DNA of 64,000 bases from Macrostomum lignano (taxonomy: Eukaryota): the NCBI GenBank assembly GCA_002269645.1, contig NIVC01000540.1, positions 1 through 64,000 of the forward strand, in the 5' to 3' direction. Position 1 is the first letter of the stretch; every line of letters starts with the position of its first letter. The notes beneath the pieces are model-generated. The model was not told where the DNA came from and did not search any database. It saw only the letters and a list, made by a program, of their open reading frames with translations. The position numbers and the translations under genes were made by a program. Below are positions 50,395 to 63,940 of this stretch, piece by piece.

Positions 50395-51500
50395 ATTTCT
50401 CAGGGCTCATGCCCTTCATTTCTATTTCTCATGATGGCAATTGGTACCTCCGTTTCTATTTCTCACGATGGCCCCTCCCTTCATTCCCATTTCTCACGAT
50501 GGCCCCTCCCTTCATTCCCATTTCTCATGATGACACCTCCCTTCATTCCCATTTCTCATGATGGCCCCTCCCTTCATTCTCATTTCTCATGATGGCCCCT
50601 CCCTTCATTTCTATTTCTGATGATGGCAATTGGTACCTCCATTCCCATTTCTCACGATGGCCCCTCCCTACATTCCCATTTCTCATGATGACACCTCCCT
50701 TCATTCCCATTTCTCATGATGGCCCCTCCCTTCATTCTCATTTCTCATGATGGCCCCTCCCTTCATTCCCATTTCTCATGATGGCAATTAGTACCTCCGT
50801 TCCTATTTCTCACGATGGCCCCTCCCTTCATTCCCATTTCGCATGATGACACCTCCCTTCATTCCCATTTCTCATGATGACACCTCCCTTCATTCCCATT
50901 TCTCATGATGGCCCCTCCCTTCATTCTCATTTCTCATGATGGCCCCTCCCTTCATTTCTATTTCTGATGATGGCAATTGGTACCTCCATTCCCATTTCTC
51001 ACGATGGCCCCTCCCTACATTCCCATTTCTCATGATGACACCTCCCTTCATTCCCATTTCTCATGATGGCCCCTCCCTTCATTCTCATTTCTCATGATGG
51101 CCCCTCCCTTCATTCCCATTTCTCATGATGGCAATTAGTACCTCCGTTCCTATTTCTCACGATGGCCCCTCCCTTCATTCCCATTTCGCATGATGACACC
51201 TCCCTTCATTCCCATTTCTCACGATGGCCCCTCCCTTCATTCTCATTTCTCACGATGGCCCCTCCCTTCATTCCCATTTCTCATGATGGTACCTCTCTTC
51301 GTTCCTATTTCTTATGATGGCACCTCCCTTTGTTCACATTTATCATGATGATGCTACCCTTCGATCCCATTTCTCTTGATGATGCCTCCCTTCATTCCCA
51401 TTTCCCATGATGATGCTACCCTTTGATCCCATTTCTCATGATGGCACCTCCCTTCATTTCCATTTCTCGTGATGGCACCTCCCTTCATTTCCATTTCTCA
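50395..51500. repeat. Minisatellite, 31-bp unit filling V-ATPase B intron 1
   Basis: ATGGCCCCTCCCTTCATTCCCATTTCTCATG. Confidence 0.95.
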
Positions 51501-51663
51501 CTGCGCTTCGCTTCATTCTCATATCACGCTCCTTACGTTCCAATGGCTCTTCCTCTTTCCTTCAATCGCATTCCGGATGGCGCAGTTTCTAATGCCCATA
51601 TTCATTCCTACGGATTTTATAGACTGAATGCTCCCTAGTTCCAACCAGCCTGTTTTCCATTAC

Positions 51664-52164
51664 CTCATTGTGCGGCAGGCCGGCAGCAGAGAAAATTGGG
51701 ATCTTCTGGCCCCTAGCGATACTGTTCATGACATCGATAGACGAGATGCCAGTCTGAATCATCTCCTCCGGATAGATTCGGGACCACGGGTTGATAGGCT
51801 GGCCCTGGATGTCTAAGAAATCCTCGGCCAGAATGTTCGGACCGCCGTCCTTGGGTTTGCCGGAGCCATTGAACACCCGGCCAAGCATGTCCTCGGACAC
51901 TGGCGTGCGCAGAATGTCGCCAGTAAACTCGCAGGTAGTGTACTTGGCATCAATGCCAGAGGTGCCTTCGAATACCTGTACAACAGCTTTATCGCCGCTA
52001 ACTTCCAGTACCTGGCCACTGCGCACGGAGCCATCATTCAGGGTTAGCTTAACAATCTCAGCAAATTTGGGAAACTTCACCTGGTCCAGGATCACCAGAG
52101 GTCCATTCACGCCACTAACAGTCTTGTAGGCTGGGTGATGGGCAGAATGGGAATGCACATCCAT
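51664..52164 (-). CDS. ATP6V1B: V-type H+-ATPase subunit B, exon 1
   Basis: M...[26 protein letters not shown]...[16 protein letters not shown]|gta; near-canonical V-ATPase B sequence. Confidence 0.97.
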
Positions 52165-53391
52165 TTTAGATAGTTATATAATAGAGAGATTAAAGTTGAC
52201 ATTTTGTCTATAAACTAAGTTGCACAACCATGTATAAATTTAGATTATTATGCATATATGCTAATATGTACTTTCAATAATCATTGCACTGTAAAAAAAC
52301 AAAATCTAATACACCTGATATATATTCTCATTAAAATCATTGTTACTAACATACTATCAAGCAATGGGGTATAAATAGGCAATAAATTTTTTTATTATAT
52401 ATATAACAGTTTAAAGATTAATAAAATTTTAAAGCTATTTATAAATAGAAAATATATTTTTTCTTTGGCTCTAATTATCAGGAAACAACTTTCAAAAGCT
52501 AAATTATGGTAACTAGTCATTTTGACAAAAAAGTTATTTTGGTAAAAGAGCTTTTGGCAAAAGTCATTTTGGCAAAAGACACATTGACAAAAAGTTTTTC
52601 TTGTTACAATATAACAAGAAAATGTTCATACTAATATTGTAGAAATGTTGTATTTAGTTTTAACATTAAATTTTAGGAAAATGTTAAAATGCTAATGTTT
52701 TCCAGCATCAGCATATGAATGATCAAATAGAGGATGATCTGCAACAATATGGATCATTTTAGCTGCTGATTTTATATGAAAAATGTTAGCATCACCTGTT
52801 TTAAAGGCTAGTATATGTGTTATTTTGCAATCTTTCTGAGTGCTTTTCATTTTTTTTACTTTTCACTTTTTACTATTTACTTTTCTAATTATACGAGTAT
52901 ATAGTATATTTTTGTTTATGAAATAAATGGTCTTTTGATATCACTGTTTACTAAACGAAACAGTTATCTATAAACTAGACTCTGGAAGATTATATGCATG
53001 CCAGAAATTTTTGGCTTACAAATGACTTCTTTCAAAAAAAGGAATAAATATTTTGGCATATATAAATATATAAATGTTAAAATGGATATACATTTATTGT
53101 AAATATTAACATTTTATATAAAATAAAGAAAAATTTGTATATTCTAAGTCTAAATAAAATACTAATGATAATTTTTTGCTAGTAAAAATTAACAAAAAAA
53201 TAAAAGTAGCAAAATTATTATTAAAAACTCTATTTAGGTAATCTCTTTTGAGGTATAATTTTCTTTTCATTTGTTTTGTTTGATACAAATTTATAATATT
53301 GTTTTTTCTTACAAAAACCCTATTTAGGAAACAACTCACAAAATAAATCACATTTTAGGAGAAAATTTTGGTATAAATTTTAAGTAAATTT

Positions 53392-54178
53392 GGCTCATTC
53401 CATATAAGCATGGTCGTAACATGACAGGCTATTTTTACTTATAAAATGAAATCTAATAATAGAATATACTAAACCAATATTTTAAATGAAAGATTATTTT
53501 GTCTAGAATATATTTATAGAGTTTCATATAGATATCATCATTAGTATAGATGCTATTAAACCTTAAATGACACTTATGGTCGTAACGACAGGATTTTTGA
53601 CATATAGAAACTAAAAGGTAAAAGTCTTATAACATTTTTCATTTTTGATATTTTGCAATACATTTTTAAAATTTGACTAAGAACATCTTTAGAAATCATA
53701 CTCTTTTATTAGAATATATAAACTCAAAAGGCAACAAAGATACAAAAGAAAAGGCAGCCTTATGGTTGTAACATTATGGTTGTAACATATTTTTTTCTGT
53801 TAATTCAGTAACTTTGAGGTACTAATACATTAAAAATATAATAGATTATTTGGTCACCAATGCTTTTTATCTGATGATGCAAGTACTATACTTTTATCTA
53901 TAGTTTGTTTCAACCTTCAAAAGCTTTCTATTTGTTTTTAAAAGGTACAAAATCTTAATGATGTCTTTTGCTTCGAAAAATGTCCAAATTTTTACAAAAA
54001 TGACTTTTTGCCAATTGATAACATACTAATCCAACATTTTATCATTTATTTATTCTTAGATTGTATATATTGCACATAAAAAACATTTGGTAAAAAAATA
54101 GGCTAATAAGGCAATGGCAAGCAAAAATATTGACTTTTTTCTATTTTCCAAATATGTCCATCTTATATGGAATGAGCC
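53392..54178. mobile_element. Non-autonomous DNA transposon, Sola1-like (4-bp AWWT TSD)
   Basis: Perfect 17-bp TIR GGCTCATTCCATATAAG / CTTATATGGAATGAGCC; ATTT on both sides (53388-91, 54179-82); four internal ATGGT(C/T)GTAAC motifs. Confidence 0.72.
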
Positions 54179-54252
54179 ATTTGCATTTTTGGTATATACA
54201 GGCATATATTCAGCTAAAATAGGATTTTTGTTCCAGCATATACTATTAAACA

Positions 54253-54781
54253 GCTACTAGTCACTTTGGTGACAAGACATTTTGGCAACAATTTAAGACA
54301 AAATAATTTGTGGTAACAGTAATTGCCATATTGCTATTTGCAACAAGGAAGGAGACATTTTGGTGAAAAGCCTACAATATGAACTTAAGAATAAGTCTTA
54401 ATTTGTTGAACAATTTATATTTGTATTTCATTTATTTTAAAGGACAAAGAATCGAAAGATAAAATTAACTATAAATAAAGTCAAAAATAAAAAGTTTTTA
54501 CCATAATAGTCAAATGAAAGTAAAAATTAGCTATGCAGTTTGTTAAAACATTTTGTTAAAATAATTAAAAAGCTTATGGATTTTAAATTGTATAAAAGTT
54601 ATTAAAATAAAATAAAATAAAGTATTCAGTCCATTTAAGTAGGCCTATCTGGGTTAGGCAGTAGCTGCTTTAATTTTATTAAATTGATATATTTAGAGAA
54701 TTTAACAAAATGGCCTAACCTTGTTACCAAAGTGACTGTCACCAAAATGTCTTGTTGCCAAAGTGACTAGTAGGCCTAGCC
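54253..54781. mobile_element. Non-autonomous Mutator/foldback-like element (10-bp TSD)
   Basis: ~40-bp modular imperfect TIRs (CTACTAGTCACTTTGG..GACATTTTGG / CCAAAATGTC..CCAAAGTGACTAGTAG); CTATTAAACA at 54243-52 and 54782-91. Confidence 0.65.
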
Positions 54782-57555
54782 CTATTAAACAATCTGGACC
54801 CTGGTCTATAATCCTATATATAAAGTAAATTATAATTCATGGTCTTTAAAAAAGATATAGCAATACTACAATATCCTTAAAATCTAATCACAACACTACA
54901 ATCAATAGCAGTGCAGTGCAACAAATAAATTAATTTCAATTTTAAATATATTGATGATTACTGATTAGGTCTATTAGTATTAAACTATTGATGACTGATC
55001 TGGTGTGTATTTTAAGAGGCTCAATCAAGAAACACAGCAGTAGCTAACCAACTAAAAAATTAATGCCTGCTGATATCAATAAAGACAAGGTTTTCTATTA
55101 TTATTTTAAGGAATTTTTCAGGATATCAGGGATGGATTTATTTACTTAAATATTTACTTATTACTTAAAAAGTAAATGTTACTTACTTAGTCGAGGTTGT
55201 GTAAGGTAGTTGCGAGTTACAGCATGTTGATGCACTTTATTCGCTGCTGACGCTGTGACGTTCATATTGTTATTTGACGTTTTCTTGCTTTAGTTAAGGT
55301 ATAAATTTCTAGTTTTCACGAAGCTATAGCGTAAACGATGTCGATGGCAAGTCGAATCTAGTCGATAGGTATAAGTTTGTTCAGCGTATGTTGTTTAGGT
55401 TTAAGTAATTTCTTTGAAAATGACGATAACTTATTAAAAATTAAAACAAAGAATTCATTAACTTACCTTTTTTGATTAATTTTTGGATAATTTTGTGTCT
55501 GCTCTTCACAGGTTGCTTTATTCTGCTGTATTGCTTTTTAAAAAGTAAATACGTGCTACTTTGAATTAAATTTTCCGACCATAATCGTTTATACCATACA
55601 ACTACAGGTATCCCTTTTTACTGATTTTAAACCAAATACTATACATGTACTCGTATCTTATCGTATATCTATACTTTTAGACACTCAGGAAATGAATTTG
55701 CATCCAGTAGTTAGAGTAAAGCGTGGATACAATAAAAAGCTGTATGGTCGTCCCATTCCTCTACTTTCAGTAAACGATTGTGTTTTTTGTTGAATAATTT
55801 CTTATTTCAAGTGCATCAACCAACCTCGTAGGTTCCTTCTTAGTTGACAGTTGGTATTGCATAGTTTCCAAATTGGGTTTATGGTGCTGACAGCTCACGT
55901 TGTGCATAAATTCACACGCATTGGTTTCTTTTATGGACTTTTTTGTTGATTTTATTGCACGTACAAGTGACTAATTAATTGATTATGCCTCCATGAGTGT
56001 CATTATCTCTAAATCAAGTAATTTCGACAGCGCTAACTTTTGGCAAAATTACATGTAATTTATATTTGTGTACATGTACGTGTACAAAAACGGAACTTTC
56101 GACTCCATGCATTATAATTTCGCAGTTATTTTATACCACATCGCTCTTGTATCAGCATGAAAACAAAAATAACATGCGCCAATCAGTAACGCAGTTCGGC
56201 CTTCAATTATAACGGGCCTTTGCATGGTTGCTGTATTTTTAAGGATTTATACAGAACGCTTTGGGAATTAAGGCCGACCAGCTATTACATGTATGCCTGA
56301 CTGGACTCGCAGCTGCCTGCTTCATGCTGCATATACACACACACTGTAGATGCTAATCGTAGCGGAAGTTGTCCGTTTCTATATAGTGAGTCAATGACAG
56401 ATGAGTCCCCTCTCGATGCCAAAACCAATTGTCTGGAGGTTTTTGAGCTGACTCACGTAAATTAGCTATGCATATTAGCTGCAATACATGTGTGGTAGGA
56501 GCTAGTACGATCATTTACATGTACATTGGATAGTATTTGGTTTATACATGTGTGAACTGTTTAGTTCTTATCACTGTGAGTGTCAGGCACTACACATTTT
56601 ATGATGCGTTATGCTGTGCTTCCACAAGTTAAGCTTTACCCCAGAAGCTGCAGAGTGTTGGTGGCAAAAAAATCCCAGACTACCTCAGAAAGAATGGAAG
56701 AAGAAAGTCAACCCGCAAGGACTGAAAGCCAGAGAAAGCGACTAAAAGCGAGAGCTTTCATAGCAGAAAATTGAGTCTCTTAGCCACGTACAATGCACAA
56801 GCCGAATTGGGCCGACAATGGAGAGATAGCTCAGCGAGGGGGAAGGGGTTAGAGAGCCTATGCCTCCCCTTTGCATCCGGCCTCTGTATAGCCCCCCATG
56901 CCATTCACACAGCAGCCCCACAAGCAATGAACAAAATACCCCCCCCCCCGGTCAATTTTAGTCATACAGAGAGAGGCGCAGATCATTAAGGCCTGGGAGT
57001 GTTGGGGCGCTTAGAGGAGAGAGAAAGATCGCCAGCTCAGATCTTGAAGGGTAACGCGCTGTGAGCTGCATGGACCAGCCGATAGATCAGCATACAGCCG
57101 CATTATCTGTGCCTTGCAGCCCGGGCACTGCGGTCATGAGGGGTTGGGGAGCGGACTCAGGACAGTGCAGGGGTCGCGACGGAGGTCAGCTATTTCCTGA
57201 AGACAGGAATTATAGCGGTCATTTCAATTGTGCACAGCTAGCCCTTGCCTCACATTCTTCTTTTTCTTTCCTTTCAATCATGCAGATTAGTTTCTTTCGT
57301 AGACAATTTATCCCGAGTTAAATATTGAAAAATACTCGAATAGAGTGCTAAGATATTTTGTATATGTTAACTAATATGTGCAGATTTAGCATGAAAAGCT
57401 AGCACTCTGTACCCTTCCCCCCGGGGATTCAATTATAAGGCAAAAACCTCTCTTTGCAAGAAAACTATAGGACTGAAAGGTCAACTGAGATTTTAATAAC
57501 TTCAAGCACTTATAATGCAGCTATGGTTGAAGGTACAGTAGGTTCTTGATGGGCT

Positions 57556-58115
57556 TAGATAGGGTAGACCCGAGTTTAGATAGAGTAGACATGTGTCTAG
57601 ATATAGCAGACACGGGGTTAGATAGAGTAGACACTGGTTTAGATAGATCGGGAGTAGACACGGGTTTCGATAGAGTAGACACTGGTTTAGATAGATCGGG
57701 AGTAGACACGGGTTTCGATAGAGTAGACACGGGTTTAGATAGAGTAGACACGGGTTTCGATAGAGTAGACACTGGTTTAGATAGATCGGGAGTAGACACG
57801 GGTTTCGATAGAGTAGACACGGGTTTAGATAGAGTAGACACGGGTTTAGTTACAGTAGACACGGGTTTAGATAGAGTAGACATCGTTTAGATAGAGTAGA
57901 CCTGGGTTTAGATAGAGTAGACACGGGTTTAGATAGAGTAGACACGGGTTTAGATAGAGTAGACACAGGTTTAGATAGAGTAGACACGGGTTTAGATAGA
58001 GTAGACACGGGTTTAGATAGAGTAGACACAGGTTTAGATAGAGCAGACACTGGTTTAGATGGAGTAGACACGGGGTTTAGATAGAATAGACACTGGTTTA
58101 GATAAAGTAGACACG
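57556..58115. repeat. Minisatellite, 21-bp unit
   Basis: GACACGGGTTTAGATAGAGTA. Confidence 0.95.
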
Positions 58116-58589
58116 AGTTCAATCAAACTTGCAAAAGTCGCCACTCCAAAACAGACCTATCAATCAACTCGGGCTAATTATGTTATTATTGTACCATGAT
58201 AAGCCGAAAAAGCAACTTAAAGAGTTTGCTAGCTATCGCCACGCCCAGTTTTATCCCAGCAATGCTAAAGACAAGCGGATGCTTCAGTATAGCCTAGTAA
58301 TACACTTAGGCAATGCACTAAGCTGCGACAGATGATGACAAGCGAAGCGAGGGAAGCCTCAGATATGGAAATTGAGAAGCTAAAAAAATCGAAATTCTCA
58401 TGGGAGCGCGAGCTGCTGCAGTTTGCTTGAACCTGCCGTGAGGAACCTGGCTAGCGTGGCTATACATCAACCGAACAGATTTAATTATGCCAGGCCACAT
58501 CTGGCTTGCAAGGCTTGTGGCTATGCGCCTTTCTCTTCTATTCCGACAGAGTTGGCATTACTAATAATGTAGTGGGATGGAAGCAGAGG

Positions 58590-59150
58590 CTGTGCTGTTG
58601 TAGTGTGTTTGGAGAGGCTGTAGTATGGTGATTATAGAGGCTGTTGTAGTGTGCTTGGAGAGGCTGTAGTATGGTGATTAGAGAGGCTGTAGTAGTGTGC
58701 TTGGAGAGGCTGTAGTATGGTGATTAGAGTCTGTACTAGTGCGCCTGAGTAGGCTGTAGTGTATAATGTCAATAGGAGAGGCTGTAGGGTGATGCTTGGA
58801 GAGGCTGTAGGAGGGTGCTTGGAGAGGCTGTTGGAGGGTTCTTGGAGAGGCTGTAGGAGGGTTCTTGGAGAGGCTGTAGGAGGGTGCTTGAAGAGGCTGT
58901 AGGAGGGTTCTTGGAGAGGCTGTAGGAGGGTGCTTGAAGAGGCTGTAGGGTGATGCTTGGAGAGGCTGTAGGAGGGTGCTTGAAGAGGCTGTAGGAGGGT
59001 GCTTGAAGAGGCTGTAGGAGGGTGCTTGAAGAGGCTGTAGGAGGGTGCTTGAAGAGGCTGTAGAAGGGTTCTTGGAGAGGCTGTAGGAGGGTGCTTGAAG
59101 AGGCTGTAGGAGGGTGCTTGGAGAAGCTCTAGGAGGGTTCTTGAAGAGGC
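58590..59150. repeat. Minisatellite, 23-bp unit
   Basis: GAGGCTGTAGGAGGGTGCTTGAA. Confidence 0.92.
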
Positions 59151-61421
59151 TAGTCACTAGAAGAGGTTTGTCCGCATTCAGGCATAAAGGAAAATTTAGC
59201 CCACAGGATGCGAGAATTCCGCTTCATCCAGTTGCTAGGCCAGGCTGATCCCAGCTCGCCCTAATGCCAATTTGGCGTGAGTCGCCGAATAAAAAAACAG
59301 GGGAAACTCGGGTGAATGAATGGGAGAAAAATCGATCTGAACCTCTCATTCCTACTCTCCCCCGCTGCAATCTGCTGCCGACAATGGGGGGGGGAGCGAG
59401 CAAAGAAATGATGAAGATTGAATTTTCTTAGCATTAAGAGTTTTAATTTTCCCTCAGACTACAAATGGATCCCCACACCGGGAGCCGGAGATCCCGGGTC
59501 AGACTAAAACCCATCTCCCTAGGATGCGGAGATAGGAAAGTAAAAGTACAGCCTGGCATTGAGTAGTATTCCCATTTGCTCTTTCGCTCATCCTCAGATG
59601 CCCAGTTCGCATTCCCAACTCGCCGGCTCAAAGCTTAGCGGAGGGAGGCTGGGTGGGGCTGCTGCTGAGTTCCGCAGAATTTGAGACAGCCAAAAACAGC
59701 AGAGAGAGGGAGGGATAGTGAAAGGCCGTTGGGGGCAGATTGGGATTTCATTCGATCGCAGCCTCCGTCCCTTGTCCCCAGTTTTTGCATACACACACAC
59801 AAGCAGGGGATGCAGATAAGCGACAGTTGTTGGGGGCAGTGAGGATTTTTTATTTACTCGTAGAACGGCATCGGCCCGAATAGTTGCCATGCAATGTTCG
59901 ACTCGCTTTCAGCATTAGCTTTTCCCGCATCCGTACGAGCTTCATCAACTCCTTCAACCAGCTAGCTACATCGCTGATTCGACTCTCAGTCTCTCCTCTC
60001 CTCCCCAAAATGCACTGGCTGCAGTGCTGCGCGTGTTTCCAAACTGCGCACTTGACACGTACGAGAGAAGGCCGAAGGGTTTGGCGGAGGAGGCTGCGGC
60101 TGGGACTAAAGGGAAGGGACTAAAGACGGGTTGCCTTCTTGTCATGGCGCTCCTCTCCGGCAGCAGTATTCTCACCCAAACCTGCGCCCCGGGCCAAGGT
60201 AGCAAGCAGGGAGAGGGAGAGCTAAAGGGAAAATTATCCCCCCCTCCCCTAGGACTATGGGACGGCGCGCTCAGGTGCAGAGGCGACAAGAGACAGAGAG
60301 ACGAAAAACTGGCTGGGGTGGGGGAAGGCATGACTGAATTGGGAATAGACGGTGGGAGAATTGAGGTGGATGGCAAGAGCGAGAGAGAGAGAACGGAGAA
60401 ATCGACACGGGAATGAAATGAGGCCATCATCTGGAGGCGGATTAGTTTTAGCTGCCCAAGGAAAGCAACTGGGGGGGGAGATGTAGCGGAGGCTGACTGG
60501 GTGGCAACAGGACAGCCGGGGGCCACCCGGGAACAGCACAAGGTAAGGCAGCAAACAACAATAGAGCGATGAAGCTCAGAAAGGCAGCTCAGCCCTCACT
60601 GCTCAGGCCGGGAGGCAGTAAGGGTTAGCGGATCGCGCAGCGACCAAAAGTCAACAGACAAGCACGGCAGCGGATGAAACTGAGCTCTCCCAGCCTCCCC
60701 TACTCCCTTCTTTCTCTCTTGACTGTAATATCGCTATTCTTCCACAATGCACACAGTTGATTTTTCAAGTCTACTATACACATATTAGCCAACAATAAGT
60801 GCGCGCAGACACCGGATCCGCTAACGCTCACGGGCAATAAATCAATGGCTTTAGGTGCAGAGCGGCCCAGGAGTGAGATCTGGACAGTTGGCTAATAAAT
60901 AAGTAATGAATTAGAGTGGACAAAAGGATAGTGCAAAGAAATGCAACTCATTTCTGATTTGGTGCTTTTAATTTGGATCGGGACTCGCATAGTCCGATCA
61001 GAATCTATTGCGTTCGTTAAGTTATATTATATTGGTTATTCTGCATAGCTGCATGCTTTTGTACGCTTTTCTTAGTACACAGGAATATGCAGTGCAAATT
61101 AGAAAACTTTTTATTCGGGTGTGTAAAGACAAAGTGGACAAAAACACAGAGATTTAACGCTTTCAATATAGAAAAAAACAAGACTAGATGACCAGCTGTC
61201 ACAGTTGACTAAAAGCGTACAAATAATTAATTAATGCTGCAACAGAAGTACATCAAGTCCGGTCACGTACAAGAAAAAAGACAATTAATAAGCTGGGAGC
61301 AGCAACCAAAGCTCACCACAAGGACCCAGAAGCTAACTACGTATCCAGGACTTCCTAGCAGTGTCGTATGCAGAAATTTCAATTGGAAGAGCGCCAATAT
61401 TTGGTGTCTTGGTGGGTGCCC

Positions 61422-62135
61422 CAATCTCCTAGGTAGACACCTCAATCTCCTAGGTAGACACCCCAATCTCCTAGGTAGACACCCCAATCTCCTAGGTAGA
61501 CACCCAAATCTCCTAGGTAGACACCCCAATCTCCTAGGTAGACACCTCAATCTCCTAGGTAGACACCTCAATCTAGGTAGACAGCTCAATCTCCTAGGTA
61601 GACACCCGAATCTCCTAGGTAGACACCCCATTCTCCTAGGTAGACACCCGAATCTCCTAGGTAGACACCCCATTCTCCTAGGTAGACACCTCAATCTCCT
61701 AGGTAGACACCCCATTCTCCTAGGTAGACACCTCAATCTCCTAGGTAGACACCCGAATCTCCTAGGTAGACACCCCATTCTCCTAGGTATACACCCCAAT
61801 CTCCTAGGTAGACACCCCATTCTCCTAGGTAGACACCCCAATCTCCTAGGTAGACACCCCATTCTCCTAGGTAGACACCTCAATCTCCTAGGTAGACACC
61901 CCATTCTCCTAGGTAGACACCCGAATCTCCTAGGTAGACACCCCATTCTCCTAGGTAGACACCCCAATCTCCTAGGTAGGCGCCCCAATCTCCTAGGTAG
62001 ACACCTCAATCTCCTAGGTAGGCGCCCCAATCTCCTAGGTAGGCGCCCCAATCTCCTAGGTAGACACCCCAATCTCCTAGGTAGGCGCCCCAATCTCCTA
62101 GGTAGACACCCCAATCTCCTAGGTAGGCGCCCCGA
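61422..62135. repeat. Minisatellite, 21-bp unit
   Basis: CTCCTAGGTAGACACCCCAAT. Confidence 0.95.
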
Positions 62136-63201
62136 TCTCTTTGGCAGTGGTCCTTGACTTCCAGTGGTCCTTGGTCTCTCTCTCTCTGTCTCTCTCTCTT
62201 TTGTTGGACCCGTTTTAACAGGCGGGCGGAAATCGATGCGTTCGGAGCCGACAATGTGAACGGCTCGTCATGCGAAGTGCGGCGGCGATGCACTGCTGCT
62301 TCAGAGACGCCTTGAGTTCAAAATCTGGACTGGCAGCAGAGCACTTTACTGGACCGTTTTGGCATGATTTCAAGCTGATTGTATTTTCCAATTTGCAGAT
62401 GCTTTTTACAGTCTAGCACTTGGAAACGGAATACTTTAAAATTTAAAAGACAATCAGCAATTCTGCGAATCTGTGTTAATTTCGGGTCAATTGGGGTGGA
62501 ATTATATTGTAGTATCGGCTGTACTGAAGTAGCCAAACGGCCCAGGCAGTGTGCTCATTGGTCGCGTCAAAAGCATTTTAGGCCTGCCCCACTTTTTTGT
62601 AGCATCGATTTCGCACGATTCCAAATATATAGGAATTATAGAATTATTCACTTACTCGTATTGCGATGAGTAAATTCACACTTATCAATAAATAACAGTA
62701 CATTTCCGCATTTGTTAAATTGGTGTAACAACGCTTCTAAGAAAATGAATTTTTATTCGACAAAAAGTACAAAATGGACATTAATTAAGCTGAGAACGGG
62801 TGCATAAATACAAAAAACGTATAGAAGTGCATACTGCTTCGGGAATATTGTATATTTCAGATCAGAGTATTAATTAGCTCGTATGTCGCCCAATTTTTGT
62901 GGAATCAGACAGTTTTATAAAGCAACATCGAAAAAAGCTTACATTTTCACAGAAAGCAGGCATTACCAAAGATGAGTAAAAATTTTGTTAACGGCAACGA
63001 CAAAGCTTGGAATTCCAAAACTTACCAGCTCGAAAATTGACTTAGCACATAGACTGTCGTTTTAGCTGCTATTTTAAGTACAAAGAGACGTACCTCTGAC
63101 CTTTATTCTGATCTTTTCAAATCGTCCAAATTGTGCTCAAACACTGCTGTCTATGGAACTCATTAAATTGGATGTCCTTAGGATGTCCGTCCGTTGCCTG
63201 G

Positions 63202-63285
63202 TCAGTCTGTGCTGACACCGACGTAGCCTTCTTCGTCACGCTTGGCTGCGCAGCACAGATACATGGCCACGATCAGAGAGAAGAG
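63202..63285 (-). CDS. Probable terminal exon of a tetraspanin-like membrane protein (rest of gene beyond window end)
   Basis: accgcag|LFSLIVAMYLCCAAKRDEEGYVGVSTD*; hydrophobic helix + LCC + short basic/acidic tail, as in tetraspanin TM4/C-termini. Family call is inference. Confidence 0.45.
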   Translation of the reverse strand, partial: LFSLIVAMYLCCAAKRDEEGYVGVSTD

Positions 63286-63355
63286 CTGCGGTCGCGTGGC
63301 CGGGTTTTGATTCAATTAGTTTTGAGATTAGTTTAGTGGGTTCCTAGCTAAACAG

Positions 63356-63472
63356 GTTGGATTCCAGTTGGTCATGATGGAGGTTGGATTCCAGTTGGTC
63401 ATGGAGGTTGGATTCCAGTTGGTCATGATGGAGGTTGGATTCCAGTTGGTCATGATGGAGGTTGGATTCCAG
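63356..63472. repeat. 24/27-bp tandem repeat, left block
   Basis: GGATTCCAGTTGGTCATG(ATG)GAGGTT. Confidence 0.88.
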
Positions 63473-63837
63473 TTTTTTTTAGAGGCAGGGGGGTTGTGTG
63501 CACCCTGGCGCACTTTAAGCGACATAGGCACACAACCGGCGAGAGGCATTACTGCCCATTCCGCCGACTCCCCTGAGCAGGCACACAAGCGCGCGGATAC
63601 GCACGCAGGCACACACTCACACAGGAGTGTACAGCGGCCCTAACTTTATTTTATCGTTAGGCATGTACACTTCACTGCGCCTTGGGGGGGGGGGGTTGGC
63701 TCAAGGCCGTTAATTGCACGAGCAGAGCCAAGCCGAGATTCCAATTCAGCCCCAAATTAATGTGACTGCACTTGGAATCGAGCCTGGGTCGCTGGCACAC
63801 CAGAGCAGCTGCGCTACCGCTAGGCTACGGCCCCCCT

Positions 63838-63940
63838 TGGATTCCAGTTGGTCATGCAGGTTGGATTCCAGTTGGTTATGGAGATTGGATTCCAGTTGGT
63901 TATGGAGGGTGGATTCCAGTTGGTTATGGAAGTTGGATTC
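63838..63940. repeat. 24-bp tandem repeat, right block of the same family
   Basis: GGATTCCAGTTGGTTATGGAGGTT variants. Confidence 0.85.

Noticed and set aside
56580-56774. Short ORFs in 56-59 kb as genes
   Set aside because: No recognisable domains or consistent splice structure.
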